The notes under the pieces: model-generated
What the model saw: only the letters and a program-made list of their open reading frames with translations
Told to the model about the DNA's origin: nothing
Databases searched by the model: none
Part shown: in pieces, positions 42,485 to 52,412 of the stretch
Layout of the letters: every line of letters begins with the position of its first letter
How positions within the stretch are numbered: position 1 is the stretch's first letter
Made by a program: the position numbers and the translations under genes
NCBI GenBank assembly: GCA_041664745.1
Contig: JBAYKD010000003.1
Location: 29,412-93,411, forward strand
Source of the DNA: Minisyncoccota bacterium
Lineage (GTDB): Bacteria > Patescibacteriota > Minisyncoccia > Phycocordibacterales > UBA9973
DNA length: 64,000 nucleotides
Direction: 5' to 3'

Positions 42485-42913
42485 TTATTTATGTCCTGTT
42501 GTTCCAAACCCTCCACGATTACTACTACTCATAATATCAACTTCCTCCCATTCTGCAATATCAACCCTTACAAAGACTCCCTGTCCTAAACGTTCTCCTT
42601 TTTCTATTGTAACATCATTATCTGTCATATTATAAACCTGTAATAATATCTCATCAGATTCACCATGATAATCATTGTCGATATATCCTACACTAACAAA
42701 GAGACCCTTCTTTTTCAAAGTACTAGATCTGTCTTTAATCTCTAACATATATCCCTTTGGAATCTCAATGATCACATTGGTTGGTAGGCGCTCTAATGTC
42801 TTAGGCAAGATAACAGCATCAATACGAGAATACAAATCAAAAGCTACCGCCCCTAGAGTATGATATTCTGGCAATGGAAAACTTTTATCTATTCTTTTAA
42901 TTTTGATTTTCAT
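42485..42913 (-). CDS. dut: dUTP diphosphatase
   Basis: 142 aa with a trimeric dUTPase-like sequence and C-terminal motif V (SSNRGGFGTTG). Confidence 0.8.
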   Translation of the reverse strand: MKIKIKRIDKSFPLPEYHTLGAVAFDLYSRIDAVILPKTLERLPTNVIIEIPKGYMLEIKDRSSTLKKKGLFVSVGYIDNDYHGESDEILLQVYNMTDNDVTIEKGERLGQGVFVRVDIAEWEEVDIMSSSNRGGFGTTGHK

Positions 42914-42985
42914 TTTAATACTTTTTTAACTTCTTTATAAATCATTTCATGAATTTGTTCACGAGATAAAATCTCCTTTTTCTTT

Positions 42986-43417
42986 TTATTCTTTATCATA
43001 AAAGTTTTTCCCTGTTATAAATGAATCCAATGTAATCTGTGTTGGATAAAATAAGGGTGAAGGTAATTCATCAATTGAACACCACTGCCAATCTCCTATC
43101 TTTTCATTTGGAAAATTTGTCTCTTCTCCGTCTTCCCAATCTGCAACAAAATTAGCTAAAATATCTTGTCTGTCTTCGTGCTTTTTGTAATTTGCCAAAG
43201 ACATGAAAATTATATTTTTTATATTAATTCCAGCTTCTTCTAAAACCTCTCTTTTAACACACTCTGCAAAAGATTCATCATATTCTAGATGTCCTCCAGG
43301 AAAAGAATACTCACCTGATCCATGAGAACCTTTTCTCTTCCCTATTAGAACCTTTCCTTCTTTCCAAATCATTATACCTACACAAGGTTTTAATTTATCT
43401 CTTTGTCCTTCTATCAT
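42986..43417 (-). CDS. NUDIX hydrolase (MutT-like)
   Basis: Nudix box GGHLEYDESFAECVKREVLEEAGI. Confidence 0.75.
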   Translation of the reverse strand: MIEGQRDKLKPCVGIMIWKEGKVLIGKRKGSHGSGEYSFPGGHLEYDESFAECVKREVLEEAGINIKNIIFMSLANYKKHEDRQDILANFVADWEDGEETNFPNEKIGDWQWCSIDELPSPLFYPTQITLDSFITGKNFYDKE

Positions 43418-43419
43418 AA

Positions 43420-44595
43420 TTATTTGCCCATCAAAACTTTATCCATCCTTGCTGCTAATTTCACCATATCAGCCTCTTTCTTCCCGCGAGTAGTTTCTGC
43501 ACAAGTACCAAGGCGAATACCTGATGGATCCATAGGACCGCGTGGGTCGCCTGGGATTGTATTCATATTCACTATTATTCCTGCTTTTTCAAGCTTTGCA
43601 CTTGCATCCTTGCCTGGTATTCCTTTACCTTCCATCCATGTATCCATAAGTATAAGGTGTGAATCTGTACCGCCTGATATGATATGCCAGCCCTTCTTTT
43701 GTAATTCTTTTGCTAAAACTCTCGCATTCTTCACAACTTGTTTTGCATACTTTTTGAATTCTGGTTTAGAAGCTTCAAGGAATGCGACGGCGGCGGCGGC
43801 AATAGTATTCTCGTGAGGACCACCAAAGAGCCCTGGAATAATCATCTTGTCTAATTTCTTATCAAACTCTCTTGCGTCCTTCTTCACAAATAAAATTGCG
43901 TGACGAGGACCACGGAGAGATTTGTGAGTAGTGGTCATCACAGAGTCGGCATAAGGAAATGGTGACGGGTAAGCTCCACCTGCAACAAGTCCTGCAAAGT
44001 GCGACATATCTACATGAAGTAATGAACCTGATGCATCTGCAATTTCTCTAAACTTTTTAAAATCAACGACACGTGGATATGCTGTAAAACCTGCCACAAT
44101 AATATTTGGCTTCTCTTCTACTGCAAGTTTCTTAATCGCATCATAATCTATCATTTCTGTTTTCTTATCAAGTTCAAATTGAACAGGCTTCCAAAGTTTG
44201 CCCGTCATAGAACCTGGGTATCCATGAGTAAGGTGGCCCCCTGAAGAAAGCTTCATCCCCATTATCTTTCCACCAAGTGGAACGAGAGCTGAGTAAAGTG
44301 CAAAGTTCGCAGGACTTCCTGAAAGAGTTTGAACATTTACATGCCACTCTGTGGCTTTTAATTTGAAAAGTTTTAATGCACGAGCAATTGCAAGATTTTC
44401 AACTTTGTCTATAACTTGATTACCACCATAATACCTTCTTCCTGGATAACCTTCAGCATATTTATTCGTAAGCTTGGAACCAAGAGCTTTCAGTACATCA
44501 TCGGAAACAATGTTCTCTGATGCTATTAAGTTTACAACACTTTTCTGTCTCTTCTCTTCTTCTTTTATGAGTTTTTCTATTTGTTTGTCTTTCAT
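43420..44595 (-). CDS. glyA: Serine hydroxymethyltransferase
   Basis: LIASENIVS, YAEGYPGRRYYGG and TTTHKSLRGPR (PLP lysine). Confidence 0.9.
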   Translation of the reverse strand: MKDKQIEKLIKEEEKRQKSVVNLIASENIVSDDVLKALGSKLTNKYAEGYPGRRYYGGNQVIDKVENLAIARALKLFKLKATEWHVNVQTLSGSPANFALYSALVPLGGKIMGMKLSSGGHLTHGYPGSMTGKLWKPVQFELDKKTEMIDYDAIKKLAVEEKPNIIVAGFTAYPRVVDFKKFREIADASGSLLHVDMSHFAGLVAGGAYPSPFPYADSVMTTTHKSLRGPRHAILFVKKDAREFDKKLDKMIIPGLFGGPHENTIAAAAVAFLEASKPEFKKYAKQVVKNARVLAKELQKKGWHIISGGTDSHLILMDTWMEGKGIPGKDASAKLEKAGIIVNMNTIPGDPRGPMDPSGIRLGTCAETTRGKKEADMVKLAARMDKVLMGK

Positions 44596-44747
44596 AATTA
44601 TGGTGATAAATTAGATTTGTAATATATTGATTTTAACATATTTGGCAAAAAACAAGAAAAGGCTATAATAGATATATATGAGAGCATACATTAGATATAG
44701 TGAAAAAAATATTAGAGTTATAATAAAATACCATTTGAGATAGCCAT

Positions 44748-45269
44748 ATGATATCCATAATATCTGCCATAGGAAATAATAACGAAATAGGAAGGAAAAA
44801 TAAACTTCTATGTAATTTACCGGCAGATATGAAACACTTCCGAGAAACAACAAGAGGACACACTGTAATAATGGGGCAAAGAACTTTTGAATCACTTGGG
44901 ACAGGAACAGATGGCGACCCTGGGAAACCACTTCCAAATAGAAGAAATATAATTCTTACCCTAAATAAAGAATACAAAAGAAATGACGTGGAAGTTGTTT
45001 ATTCGCTTGAAGAATTAGATGAATTATTAAAAGACACTACAGAAAAAGATGAGGAGTTATTTATAATAGGTGGAGGACAAATATATAAACTCTTTATAGA
45101 AAAAGCAGATAGACTATATATTACTCACGTAAATGCAGAATTCTCTGACGCTGATACTTACTTCCCTACTATAGAAGAATCAAAATGGCAAAAAGTAAAA
45201 GAAGAAAAACACGAACTAGATGAGAAAAATAAATACGCCTACTCTTTTGTAGAGTATACAAAAAAATGA
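44748..45269 (+). CDS. folA: Dihydrofolate reductase
   Basis: ISAIGNNNEIGRKNKLLCNLPADMKHFRETTRGHTVIMGQRTFESLG and IIGGGQIY. Confidence 0.9.
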   Translation: MISIISAIGNNNEIGRKNKLLCNLPADMKHFRETTRGHTVIMGQRTFESLGTGTDGDPGKPLPNRRNIILTLNKEYKRNDVEVVYSLEELDELLKDTTEKDEELFIIGGGQIYKLFIEKADRLYITHVNAEFSDADTYFPTIEESKWQKVKEEKHELDEKNKYAYSFVEYTKK

Positions 45270-45706
45270 AAAAAGTCGTTAATAAAACATATGCAAAGGG
45301 AAAAGGAGAATATGAAAAGGTTATTTCTTCTATTGAGAAAAAAGGTAAATGCCCTTTTTGCCCAGATAATTTTAAATATCACAAAGAACCCATCTTACAA
45401 AAAGAGAACGGTTGGTTTCTTACAAAAAATAGTTGGCCTTATAAAAATACCGAGCACCACCTGCTCATCATCGGCGAAGAACACAAAGAAAATTTTGACG
45501 AGTTGAATGATATAGATTTTAAGTCAGTAAAAAAATTAACAGCCTGGGCTTTAAAAAAATTTAAAATAAGAGGCGGTGCTTTAACTATACGCTTTGGAGA
45601 TACAGACCACACTGGAGCAACAGTTTGCCACTTACATTTTCATTTGATCTCTCCTAAATTAAATAAAAATAAGAAAGCAAAAACGGTTTATTTCCCTATC
45701 GGCTAA
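45266..45706 (+). CDS. HIT-superfamily protein (GalT/ATP adenylyltransferase-like branch) with N-terminal CPFCP motif
   Basis: Histidine triad HLHFHLI; ATGA start/stop overlap with folA. Confidence 0.6.
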   Translation: MKKVVNKTYAKGKGEYEKVISSIEKKGKCPFCPDNFKYHKEPILQKENGWFLTKNSWPYKNTEHHLLIIGEEHKENFDELNDIDFKSVKKLTAWALKKFKIRGGALTIRFGDTDHTGATVCHLHFHLISPKLNKNKKAKTVYFPIG

Positions 45707-45715
45707 ATAATTTTT

Positions 45716-46540
45716 CTAAATAGCGACTTCAGCTTTAATATTTGGATCAGCCTCATAATCTACTAAAGTAAAATCTTCATATTTAAAATCAAAAATATCT
45801 TTTATTTCAGGATTAATAATTAGTTTCGGTAATTTTTTAGGAATTCTCTGTAACTGCTCTCTGGCTTGTTCAAAATGATTATTGTAGATATGCACATCAG
45901 ACATTGTGTGAATAAATTCTTTTGGTTTCATCCCTGTCACTTGAGCGATCATAAGTAGCAATAAAGAATATGAAGCAATATTGTATGGCACACCTAAAAA
46001 AACATCTGCGCTTCTCTGAAATAAATGCAGTGATAATTCACCATTAACTGCAAAACATTTAAAAATACCATGGCAAGGAGCCACAAATACTTTATCAACA
46101 TCTTCTGGATTCCAAGCAGTCACCATATGTCGACGCCAGTCTGGATGTTCTTTAAGACCATCAATTAGGTTCTTGATCTGATCAATCTCTCCACCGTCTG
46201 TTTTCTTCCAGTGCCTCCATTGAGCTCCATAAATTCTTCCTACATCTCCGACAGGTAACCCCATTTTTTGAGAAATTTCTGGAGTTGCCCATTCATCCCA
46301 AATAGAAACCTTGTTGTCCTTCATAAATTGAATATCTGTTTCTCCACGCAAGAACCATAACAATTCAATAGCAATTGATTTAAAATGAAGTTTTTTAGTA
46401 GTAAGCATAGGAAATTCCCCTTTTGATAAATCAAATCTCATTGTTCGCCCGCAAACAGCAATACTCCCTACTCCGTGTGGGTCACTTTTGCCTTGTCCAT
46501 TTTCTAACACATCTTTTAATAAATCTAAATATTGACGCAT
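45716..46540 (-). CDS. thyA: Thymidylate synthase (ThyA)
   Basis: MRQYLDLL, the catalytic LAPCH variant (VAPCHGIF), QRSADVFLGVPYNIASY and a C-terminal ...AI. Confidence 0.9.
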   Translation of the reverse strand: MRQYLDLLKDVLENGQGKSDPHGVGSIAVCGRTMRFDLSKGEFPMLTTKKLHFKSIAIELLWFLRGETDIQFMKDNKVSIWDEWATPEISQKMGLPVGDVGRIYGAQWRHWKKTDGGEIDQIKNLIDGLKEHPDWRRHMVTAWNPEDVDKVFVAPCHGIFKCFAVNGELSLHLFQRSADVFLGVPYNIASYSLLLLMIAQVTGMKPKEFIHTMSDVHIYNNHFEQAREQLQRIPKKLPKLIINPEIKDIFDFKYEDFTLVDYEADPNIKAEVAI

Positions 46541-46541
46541 A

Positions 46542-47387
46542 TTATTTTTTTTTATTTTTTATATCAACCGCTAATAATTTTATGCCAAATAATTTTAATA
46601 ATTTTTCTCCACTTAAATTTGCTATACCTTCAGAAAAATAACATTTTTTTATTCCAGAATGAATAATGATCTTTACACAAACTGGGCATGGGAAATGTGT
46701 AACATATAAACTTGTCCCTTCCAGAGAGATACCCTTTCGTGCTGCTTCGGCAATTATTTTTTGCTCACCATGAATAGTAGAGCTCAGTTCTTGTTTTTCT
46801 CCAGCTTTAACAAAGTCTCGGATATGCCCCACTTGGTAAGGAGTATAATCGCTCGGAATTCCTTCGTTATAATCACGTAAGATTATCGAATTATCTTTCA
46901 CAACCACAGCCCCGACATTTCTCCACCAGCACCCACTTTTGTGCGCCTCTTTATAAGCCTCTTCCATCCACTTTTTGTCTTCGGGTTTTGTGCTTTTTTT
47001 CTCTTTTAAAGAATGGTTAGAAATAACACTATCCGCATCCCAACGTAAAAAAACTTTGTCCCATTTTATGTTTTTTTCAATAAAATAAAGCTTGGCTAGC
47101 TCTCTAGAGAATTTATCATTTACTAATAACAATTTCTCATTTTTCAATTTCAGTAAATTCTTTTCACTAAGCACTTGAACTTTCTGAAAACCGAAGGTGC
47201 TAAAAAGTTTTTGCGCAATATTGTGGTCAAAAGAAGCAATATCTTCTTTTGTTCCTAAAATTTTTTCTACCAATTTATTCTCTGCAATATAAATATGAGA
47301 GATATTGTTTTTATTTTTTTTTATGAAATTCAAAAAACCTTTATGAATTACAGGAATATTTATCACGAGAATTCTCTTTTCTTTCAT
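46542..47387 (-). CDS. dCMP deaminase (ComEB-like zinc deaminase) with ~140-aa unassigned N-terminal domain
   Basis: The C-terminal half has the HGEQKI (HAE-type) and FPCPVCVKII (PCxxC) zinc motifs. The N-terminal half has no motif I recognise. Confidence 0.75.
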   Translation of the reverse strand: MKEKRILVINIPVIHKGFLNFIKKNKNNISHIYIAENKLVEKILGTKEDIASFDHNIAQKLFSTFGFQKVQVLSEKNLLKLKNEKLLLVNDKFSRELAKLYFIEKNIKWDKVFLRWDADSVISNHSLKEKKSTKPEDKKWMEEAYKEAHKSGCWWRNVGAVVVKDNSIILRDYNEGIPSDYTPYQVGHIRDFVKAGEKQELSSTIHGEQKIIAEAARKGISLEGTSLYVTHFPCPVCVKIIIHSGIKKCYFSEGIANLSGEKLLKLFGIKLLAVDIKNKKK

Positions 47388-47388
47388 A

Positions 47389-47940
47389 TTATTTTTTCTT
47401 AATCTTTTTATTTTTTTTGCTTTTTACTTGATCAAGTAAGTGAATTTTTATTACATTTTGCACGATATCCGTCGATGAGGTATTTAAAGCTTGTCTTGGT
47501 ATAACTGAAAGCTTTTTACAATATTTTGCAATCATTTTTTTCTGCTCTTCAGTATAACTATTCCCTTCTACTGCCACAAAAATATCAATTGGTAAATCTT
47601 TGATAATCCCATACTGCCAATTCCCCTTTTTGTCTATATCGTCAACCAAAGTAACATAGTCTATACAATCCTGATATGACAACATTTCAGCTCTCTCTTT
47701 TTCGGGAATAATTGGACGAAGAGGACCTTTGTAGGACTTGATTCCTCTGTCACTATCTACCCCTACAATAAGAACATCTCCATAACTTTTAGCATTATTC
47801 AAATACCTTAAATGCCCAATATGAAGCATATCCCATGAACCAATAGTGCAAACAATTTTATGCCCCAAAACTTTATGTGCCTTTATTTTTCTTATTAAAT
47901 CCTTGTGGTTTGGAGTAAATTTTTTAGTAATATTTTCCAT
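47389..47940 (-). CDS. Cytidylyltransferase-fold nucleotidyltransferase (RfaE domain II / TagD-like)
   Basis: GSWDMLHIGHLRYLNNAKSYGDVLIVGVDSD...KGPLRPI. The ATG at 47940 is preferred over the TTG at 47973. Confidence 0.7.
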   Translation of the reverse strand: MENITKKFTPNHKDLIRKIKAHKVLGHKIVCTIGSWDMLHIGHLRYLNNAKSYGDVLIVGVDSDRGIKSYKGPLRPIIPEKERAEMLSYQDCIDYVTLVDDIDKKGNWQYGIIKDLPIDIFVAVEGNSYTEEQKKMIAKYCKKLSVIPRQALNTSSTDIVQNVIKIHLLDQVKSKKNKKIKKK

Positions 47941-47976
47941 ATTGTGAGTATACCACAAAAAAACATAAACCAAACA

Positions 47977-49296
47977 CTACTGTCCATCCGCTGCAGCTTC
48001 AAGCTTAACATTCACAACTTTCTCTACTCCACTCGAAAGAATCTTGAACTTCAAAGTTTCACCTATCTTTTTATCACGAATAATAGACATAAAATCATTA
48101 TCTTGGGTTAGAAGTACACCATTGATAGAGAGAATAATATCATCCTCTACAATGCCGGCCTTCTCTGCTGGAGATCCCGGTATAACTGCTACGTCACTCG
48201 CTGTCGCTCCTTTCGCTACCAAAATTCCATAATCAACAGACAAATTTAATTTAGTTTTTAAATCTCCCGTTACTTTCACATATCTAATTCCTACATATGG
48301 ACGAGAAATTTTCCCAGTTTTCTTCACTTGGTCTATGACACTCTTCACACTATTAATAGGTAAAGAAAATCCAACATTAGATGAACCTTGCGCAATAGCT
48401 ACATTGATACCAACCACCTCACCCTTCAAATTAAGCAACGGCCCACCAGAGTTTCCTTTATTGATAGCAGCATCCGTTTGTATAACTTTATAAAGAAATT
48501 CTTGATAACCACTACCACCAGATGCAGATAGACTACGAGAAAGACCCGAGACAACTCCAGTAGAAACAGTATTTTTAAATTCACCCAGTGCATTACCAAT
48601 AGCAACAACACTTTCTCCAACTTCAAGCTGGTCTGAATTGGCAAATTGTAAATAAGGAAGATTGGTAGCATTAATTTTTATAATGGCTACATCGAGCACA
48701 CTATCGCGAGCTAAAACCGTCGCAGTATATTCCTTACCATTATTTAACAAGACAGTATAAATCGCGTCAGTTGTATCTACAACATGGCGATTTGTAACAA
48801 TCAAACCATCCGATGAAATAATAAAACCAGAGCCACTACCAAGTTCTTGCTTCTTCATACCGTTTGGAGTATATACTGGCGTCGTTAAAAATAAATCAGG
48901 AATGATATCACCAAATTGATCTGTAACATTCTCATCTTTATACGAGACAGAATATTGAGGAACTTCCTTACTTACAACAATAGAAACAACAGCGGGCTTC
49001 GCCTTCCTCACCGCAGTAACAACTGTATCAACTTCTACTTTCTTTTCTGGTATTGTTGGCACGATTGGTGCCTCAGCAATTTTCTCTATAAAGACTGGCT
49101 CTTTCTTAGAAATTTCTCCGTTTGTTATATAATTGTTTGCAATATAACTAAAAATCCTTGCCCTATAATGCCAAAAAATGGCAAACAAAATAGCAATTGT
49201 AATTAAAATTGTTAAAAAACTTATCAAAAATATTTTTATAATTTGATAATTAAAAATATTTTTTATTCTCTTTAATATATTAAAATATTTTTTCAT
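47977..49296 (-). CDS. HtrA/DegP-family serine protease with one PDZ domain, TM-anchored
   Basis: Catalytic triad contexts TNRHVV, DVAIIKI and GNSGGPL, plus a C-terminal PDZ domain (PGSPAEKAGI). Confidence 0.85.
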   Translation of the reverse strand: MKKYFNILKRIKNIFNYQIIKIFLISFLTILITIAILFAIFWHYRARIFSYIANNYITNGEISKKEPVFIEKIAEAPIVPTIPEKKVEVDTVVTAVRKAKPAVVSIVVSKEVPQYSVSYKDENVTDQFGDIIPDLFLTTPVYTPNGMKKQELGSGSGFIISSDGLIVTNRHVVDTTDAIYTVLLNNGKEYTATVLARDSVLDVAIIKINATNLPYLQFANSDQLEVGESVVAIGNALGEFKNTVSTGVVSGLSRSLSASGGSGYQEFLYKVIQTDAAINKGNSGGPLLNLKGEVVGINVAIAQGSSNVGFSLPINSVKSVIDQVKKTGKISRPYVGIRYVKVTGDLKTKLNLSVDYGILVAKGATASDVAVIPGSPAEKAGIVEDDIILSINGVLLTQDNDFMSIIRDKKIGETLKFKILSSGVEKVVNVKLEAAADGQ

Positions 49297-49307
49297 ATTT
49301 AATTATT

Positions 49308-49937
49308 TTATCTAATAATAAAGAAACCTAAAATCATGGCTACAAAGTTCAGCACCGTATGAGCAGCTGAAATAAGTGGTAAATTCTTGTATTGATAATA
49401 CATCCAAGCAAAACCAATCCCAGCAATGAAAGTCATCGGCAAGACAAAAACAGAGTTCAAATATATAACGTGCATCATTGCAAAGACTGCAGCGTTTAAA
49501 ACAATGATGAAATAAACATTCTTCCAAGTCCTCTCTAACATGTTCATCAGAATTCCTCTAAATACAATCTCTTGTAAAATACTAATAGGAATAAACAAAA
49601 GAAGGAACTTTGCATTCTCCCACCATTCTAGAAACGGGCTATGGGGAACAATTTGTGACAACCAAAAAAGGAATAGAACTCCACCAACTGTAAAAATAGA
49701 ATAAGGAATTATATCCTTCATGAAATCCTTATGAATCCCCATGTCAGCATATGACCATTTTGAATGCTTAACTATTCCAAATAAAAGAATAGCTATACCA
49801 AAAAGCATCATAAAACGTAAATTGCCTGGCAAAATTTTAAAGTACAAAAGTAATACTGGTATAATATACAAGTATAATATCTGTAACCAGACAAGCTCTT
49901 TCTCTTTATTGGGATTATTTGGAACTTCATTCTCCAT
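49308..49937 (-). CDS. CPBP family intramembrane glutamic endopeptidase (CAAX-protease-like)
   Basis: Motifs QEIVFRGIL, FAMMH and a C-terminal AAHTVLN in a polytopic protein. Confidence 0.75.
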   Translation of the reverse strand: MENEVPNNPNKEKELVWLQILYLYIIPVLLLYFKILPGNLRFMMLFGIAILLFGIVKHSKWSYADMGIHKDFMKDIIPYSIFTVGGVLFLFWLSQIVPHSPFLEWWENAKFLLLFIPISILQEIVFRGILMNMLERTWKNVYFIIVLNAAVFAMMHVIYLNSVFVLPMTFIAGIGFAWMYYQYKNLPLISAAHTVLNFVAMILGFFIIR

Positions 49938-49991
49938 ATAGAAGATATTATACCAAAATTACTATTTATTTAGAAACATTAACTTATATAC

Positions 49992-50435
49992 CTAATTAGT
50001 CTTGGTTTGAACTGGAAGCATTGGCCTAATCTGTACCGAAATAGCACTAACGCTTCCGTCGGGATTGGCAGTACCTGTAATCATAACTTGCTTACCTACG
50101 ACAACATCAGCAACGACACCATCTATAGTCTTCTCAACTTTTGTTGCAGGAGAGAATAGAACTATTTTAGACCCACCATCACGAAGCTTAACTGTCATAC
50201 TGGTAGCATCCATAGAAAGGACTTCACCAGACACTACTCCCCCTCCACGCACCATTTCCTGACCCCTTACTCCACTATTTTGTCCACCGAAACCGTTTTG
50301 ACTAAATCCACCTTGGCGATTTGTTAATTGACTTGCAGAACTTTTAGAACTGCCATATTTCATTCCTCCTAAAAAACTCAAACCCGCAACCAGTAGAACG
50401 ATAGCTATCATTCCCACAATTTTTTTATCTTTCAT
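49992..50435 (-). CDS. Secreted/anchored small beta-domain protein (DUF5666-like), hypothetical
   Basis: A signal/anchor helix and a Gly-rich linker are followed by the C-terminal block GGVVSGEVLSMDATSMTVKL...VMITGTANPDGSVSAISVQIRP. Confidence 0.45.
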   Translation of the reverse strand: MKDKKIVGMIAIVLLVAGLSFLGGMKYGSSKSSASQLTNRQGGFSQNGFGGQNSGVRGQEMVRGGGVVSGEVLSMDATSMTVKLRDGGSKIVLFSPATKVEKTIDGVVADVVVGKQVMITGTANPDGSVSAISVQIRPMLPVQTKTN

Positions 50436-50483
50436 ATAATTTTATATTTATTTATTAATAATAATTAAAGTCTTCGCAAGCAT

Positions 50484-51704
50484 TTACTCGTACCTAAGTG
50501 CCTCGATTGGATTCAACTTTGAAGCACGCTGTGCTGGGTAATAACCGAAAACAATTCCAATAAAAGCCGAAACACCAAAGGCTAGGAGTACAGACGAGAT
50601 TGATACTTGTGCCTGTAATATTCCTAATATTGTTACCAGATAAGACACCCCCCAACCGAGTATCACTCCGATAACTCCACCGATGAATGTAAGCATGACA
50701 GCTTCTACTAGAAACTGTATATTCACATCTCTCCTTTTAGCACCTATGGCTTTTCGAAGTCCTATCTCACGCGTTCTCTCCGTCACTGAAGTCAGCATCA
50801 TATTCATAATCCCAATACCTCCAACAACAAGAGAGATTCCAGCCACTGCAGCAAGTAATGATGTAAAGGTACTTGTTACCGAAGAAGCTGTCGCTATAAT
50901 ATCCGCTTGATTCATTGTAGAAAAGTCGGCTGAAGCTGAATCCAAGTTATGGCGAGTCAAAAGAGTTGCTGTAATATCTGCCTGAACTTGAGTTGTCGCA
51001 TTAGAACTTTCGGCAGAAACATTAATAGAAGTTACATATTGATCACCTGAGAAATAACGCTGAGCGGTTGCAAGTGGTATATAGATCATATCATCAGCAT
51101 TTTGGAAACCAGTACCACCCTTCGCTTTAGTAATTCCAATGATTTTAAATTGAATACTTTTAATACGAATTATTTGTCCAACAACGTCAGTCGCCCCTTC
51201 TCCAAATAAATCTGTCACAACTGTCGGACCCAAAACAGCAACCTTAGAACCACTTTGATTATTCTGGTCTGTAATAAAATCTCCTTGGTCTATTTCTAAA
51301 TTCTTAACAGAAAGATAATCTGAAGTAATTCCATCAACAGTTGTATTAGTATTAGTACCCTTAGCTGTTACCTGATAACGCCCTGAAACTTCAGCTGCAA
51401 CAGATTTCACTCCATCAAGAGTTTTTAATGCTTCTACATCTTTTAAGGTTAATGTCTTCGCTCCACCACGACCTTGACTCACCTGCTGACCTACTCCACG
51501 AGGAGCACCAGGAGAAACTATAACGAGGTTAGATCCGATAGATTGGATAGAAGCTGAAATAGAATTTTGAGCACCTGTTCCTATCGCTGTCATAGCGATG
51601 ACAGACGCAATACCTATAACAATACCAAGCATCGTTAATCCTGAACGAGCTTTATTCCCTGATAGCGCCATAATTGTTTCTTCTAAAATATCTTTTGTTT
51701 TCAT
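50484..51704 (-). CDS. ABC transporter permease, MacB/FtsX type
   Basis: 406 aa with a MacB_PCD-like periplasmic domain between TM1 and TM2 and a C-terminal FtsX helix bundle. Confidence 0.85.
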   Translation of the reverse strand: MKTKDILEETIMALSGNKARSGLTMLGIVIGIASVIAMTAIGTGAQNSISASIQSIGSNLVIVSPGAPRGVGQQVSQGRGGAKTLTLKDVEALKTLDGVKSVAAEVSGRYQVTAKGTNTNTTVDGITSDYLSVKNLEIDQGDFITDQNNQSGSKVAVLGPTVVTDLFGEGATDVVGQIIRIKSIQFKIIGITKAKGGTGFQNADDMIYIPLATAQRYFSGDQYVTSINVSAESSNATTQVQADITATLLTRHNLDSASADFSTMNQADIIATASSVTSTFTSLLAAVAGISLVVGGIGIMNMMLTSVTERTREIGLRKAIGAKRRDVNIQFLVEAVMLTFIGGVIGVILGWGVSYLVTILGILQAQVSISSVLLAFGVSAFIGIVFGYYPAQRASKLNPIEALRYE

Positions 51705-52408
51705 ATATTTTTTATAACTCTTTTATTATGTAAGTTATTATCACTAATAATAAGTCCATCACGGATAGTAATAATTCTATCGGCATGTTCAGCAACATCG
51801 GGTTCGTGAGTTATTAATATAATTGTTCGTCCTTGTTCTTTGTTTAATTTCTGAAAAGTCCCTAGTACTATCTCCCCAGTCTTTGTATCTAGATTACCCG
51901 TTGGCTCATCAGCTAGAATAAGAGTCGGATTATTCACAAGAGCACGAGCAATAGCAACACGTTGGATCTGACCTCCTGAAAGTTGGTTTGATAAATGAAA
52001 AAAATGTGCTTCATCTAATCCTGCTGAAATTAAAGCTTCTTTTGCTCTTTTTTCTCTTTCTTCATGAGAAATTCCATCATAAACAAGTGGCAACATTACA
52101 TTACGTAAAACTGTCGTCCGAGGAAGTAAATTAAATGACTGAAAAACAAATCCTATCTTATCTTTACGAATATCAGCCAACTGGTCATCGGTCAAAGTTG
52201 AAACATCTTTGCCATCTAGAAGATATGTTCCACCTGTCGGACTATCGAGCGCTCCCAATATATGCATTAAGGTTGATTTACCAGAACCAGAAGGTCCCAT
52301 TATTGCTACAAACTCACCATCTTTTATAGTAAAGTTAACTCCCTTAAGTGCTTGAAATGGCTCTCCTCCAGAATTATATGTTTTTATTATATTACGTATT
52401 TCAATCAT
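51701..52408 (-). CDS. ABC transporter ATP-binding protein (MacB/LolD-like)
   Basis: Walker [10 protein letters not shown], signature LSGGQIQR and Walker B ILADEPT. The ATG at 52408 is preferred; the track start is a GTG overlapping the upstream gene. Confidence 0.9.
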   Translation of the reverse strand: MIEIRNIIKTYNSGGEPFQALKGVNFTIKDGEFVAIMGPSGSGKSTLMHILGALDSPTGGTYLLDGKDVSTLTDDQLADIRKDKIGFVFQSFNLLPRTTVLRNVMLPLVYDGISHEEREKRAKEALISAGLDEAHFFHLSNQLSGGQIQRVAIARALVNNPTLILADEPTGNLDTKTGEIVLGTFQKLNKEQGRTIILITHEPDVAEHADRIITIRDGLIISDNNLHNKRVIKNI

Positions 52409-52412
52409 ATAA

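Noticed and set aside
44611-44977. Two overlapping minus-strand ORFs (104 and 108 aa) lie opposite the start of folA.
   Set aside because: They are hydrophobic, low-complexity translations of AT-rich DNA and overlap a well-supported DHFR gene and its promoter region.
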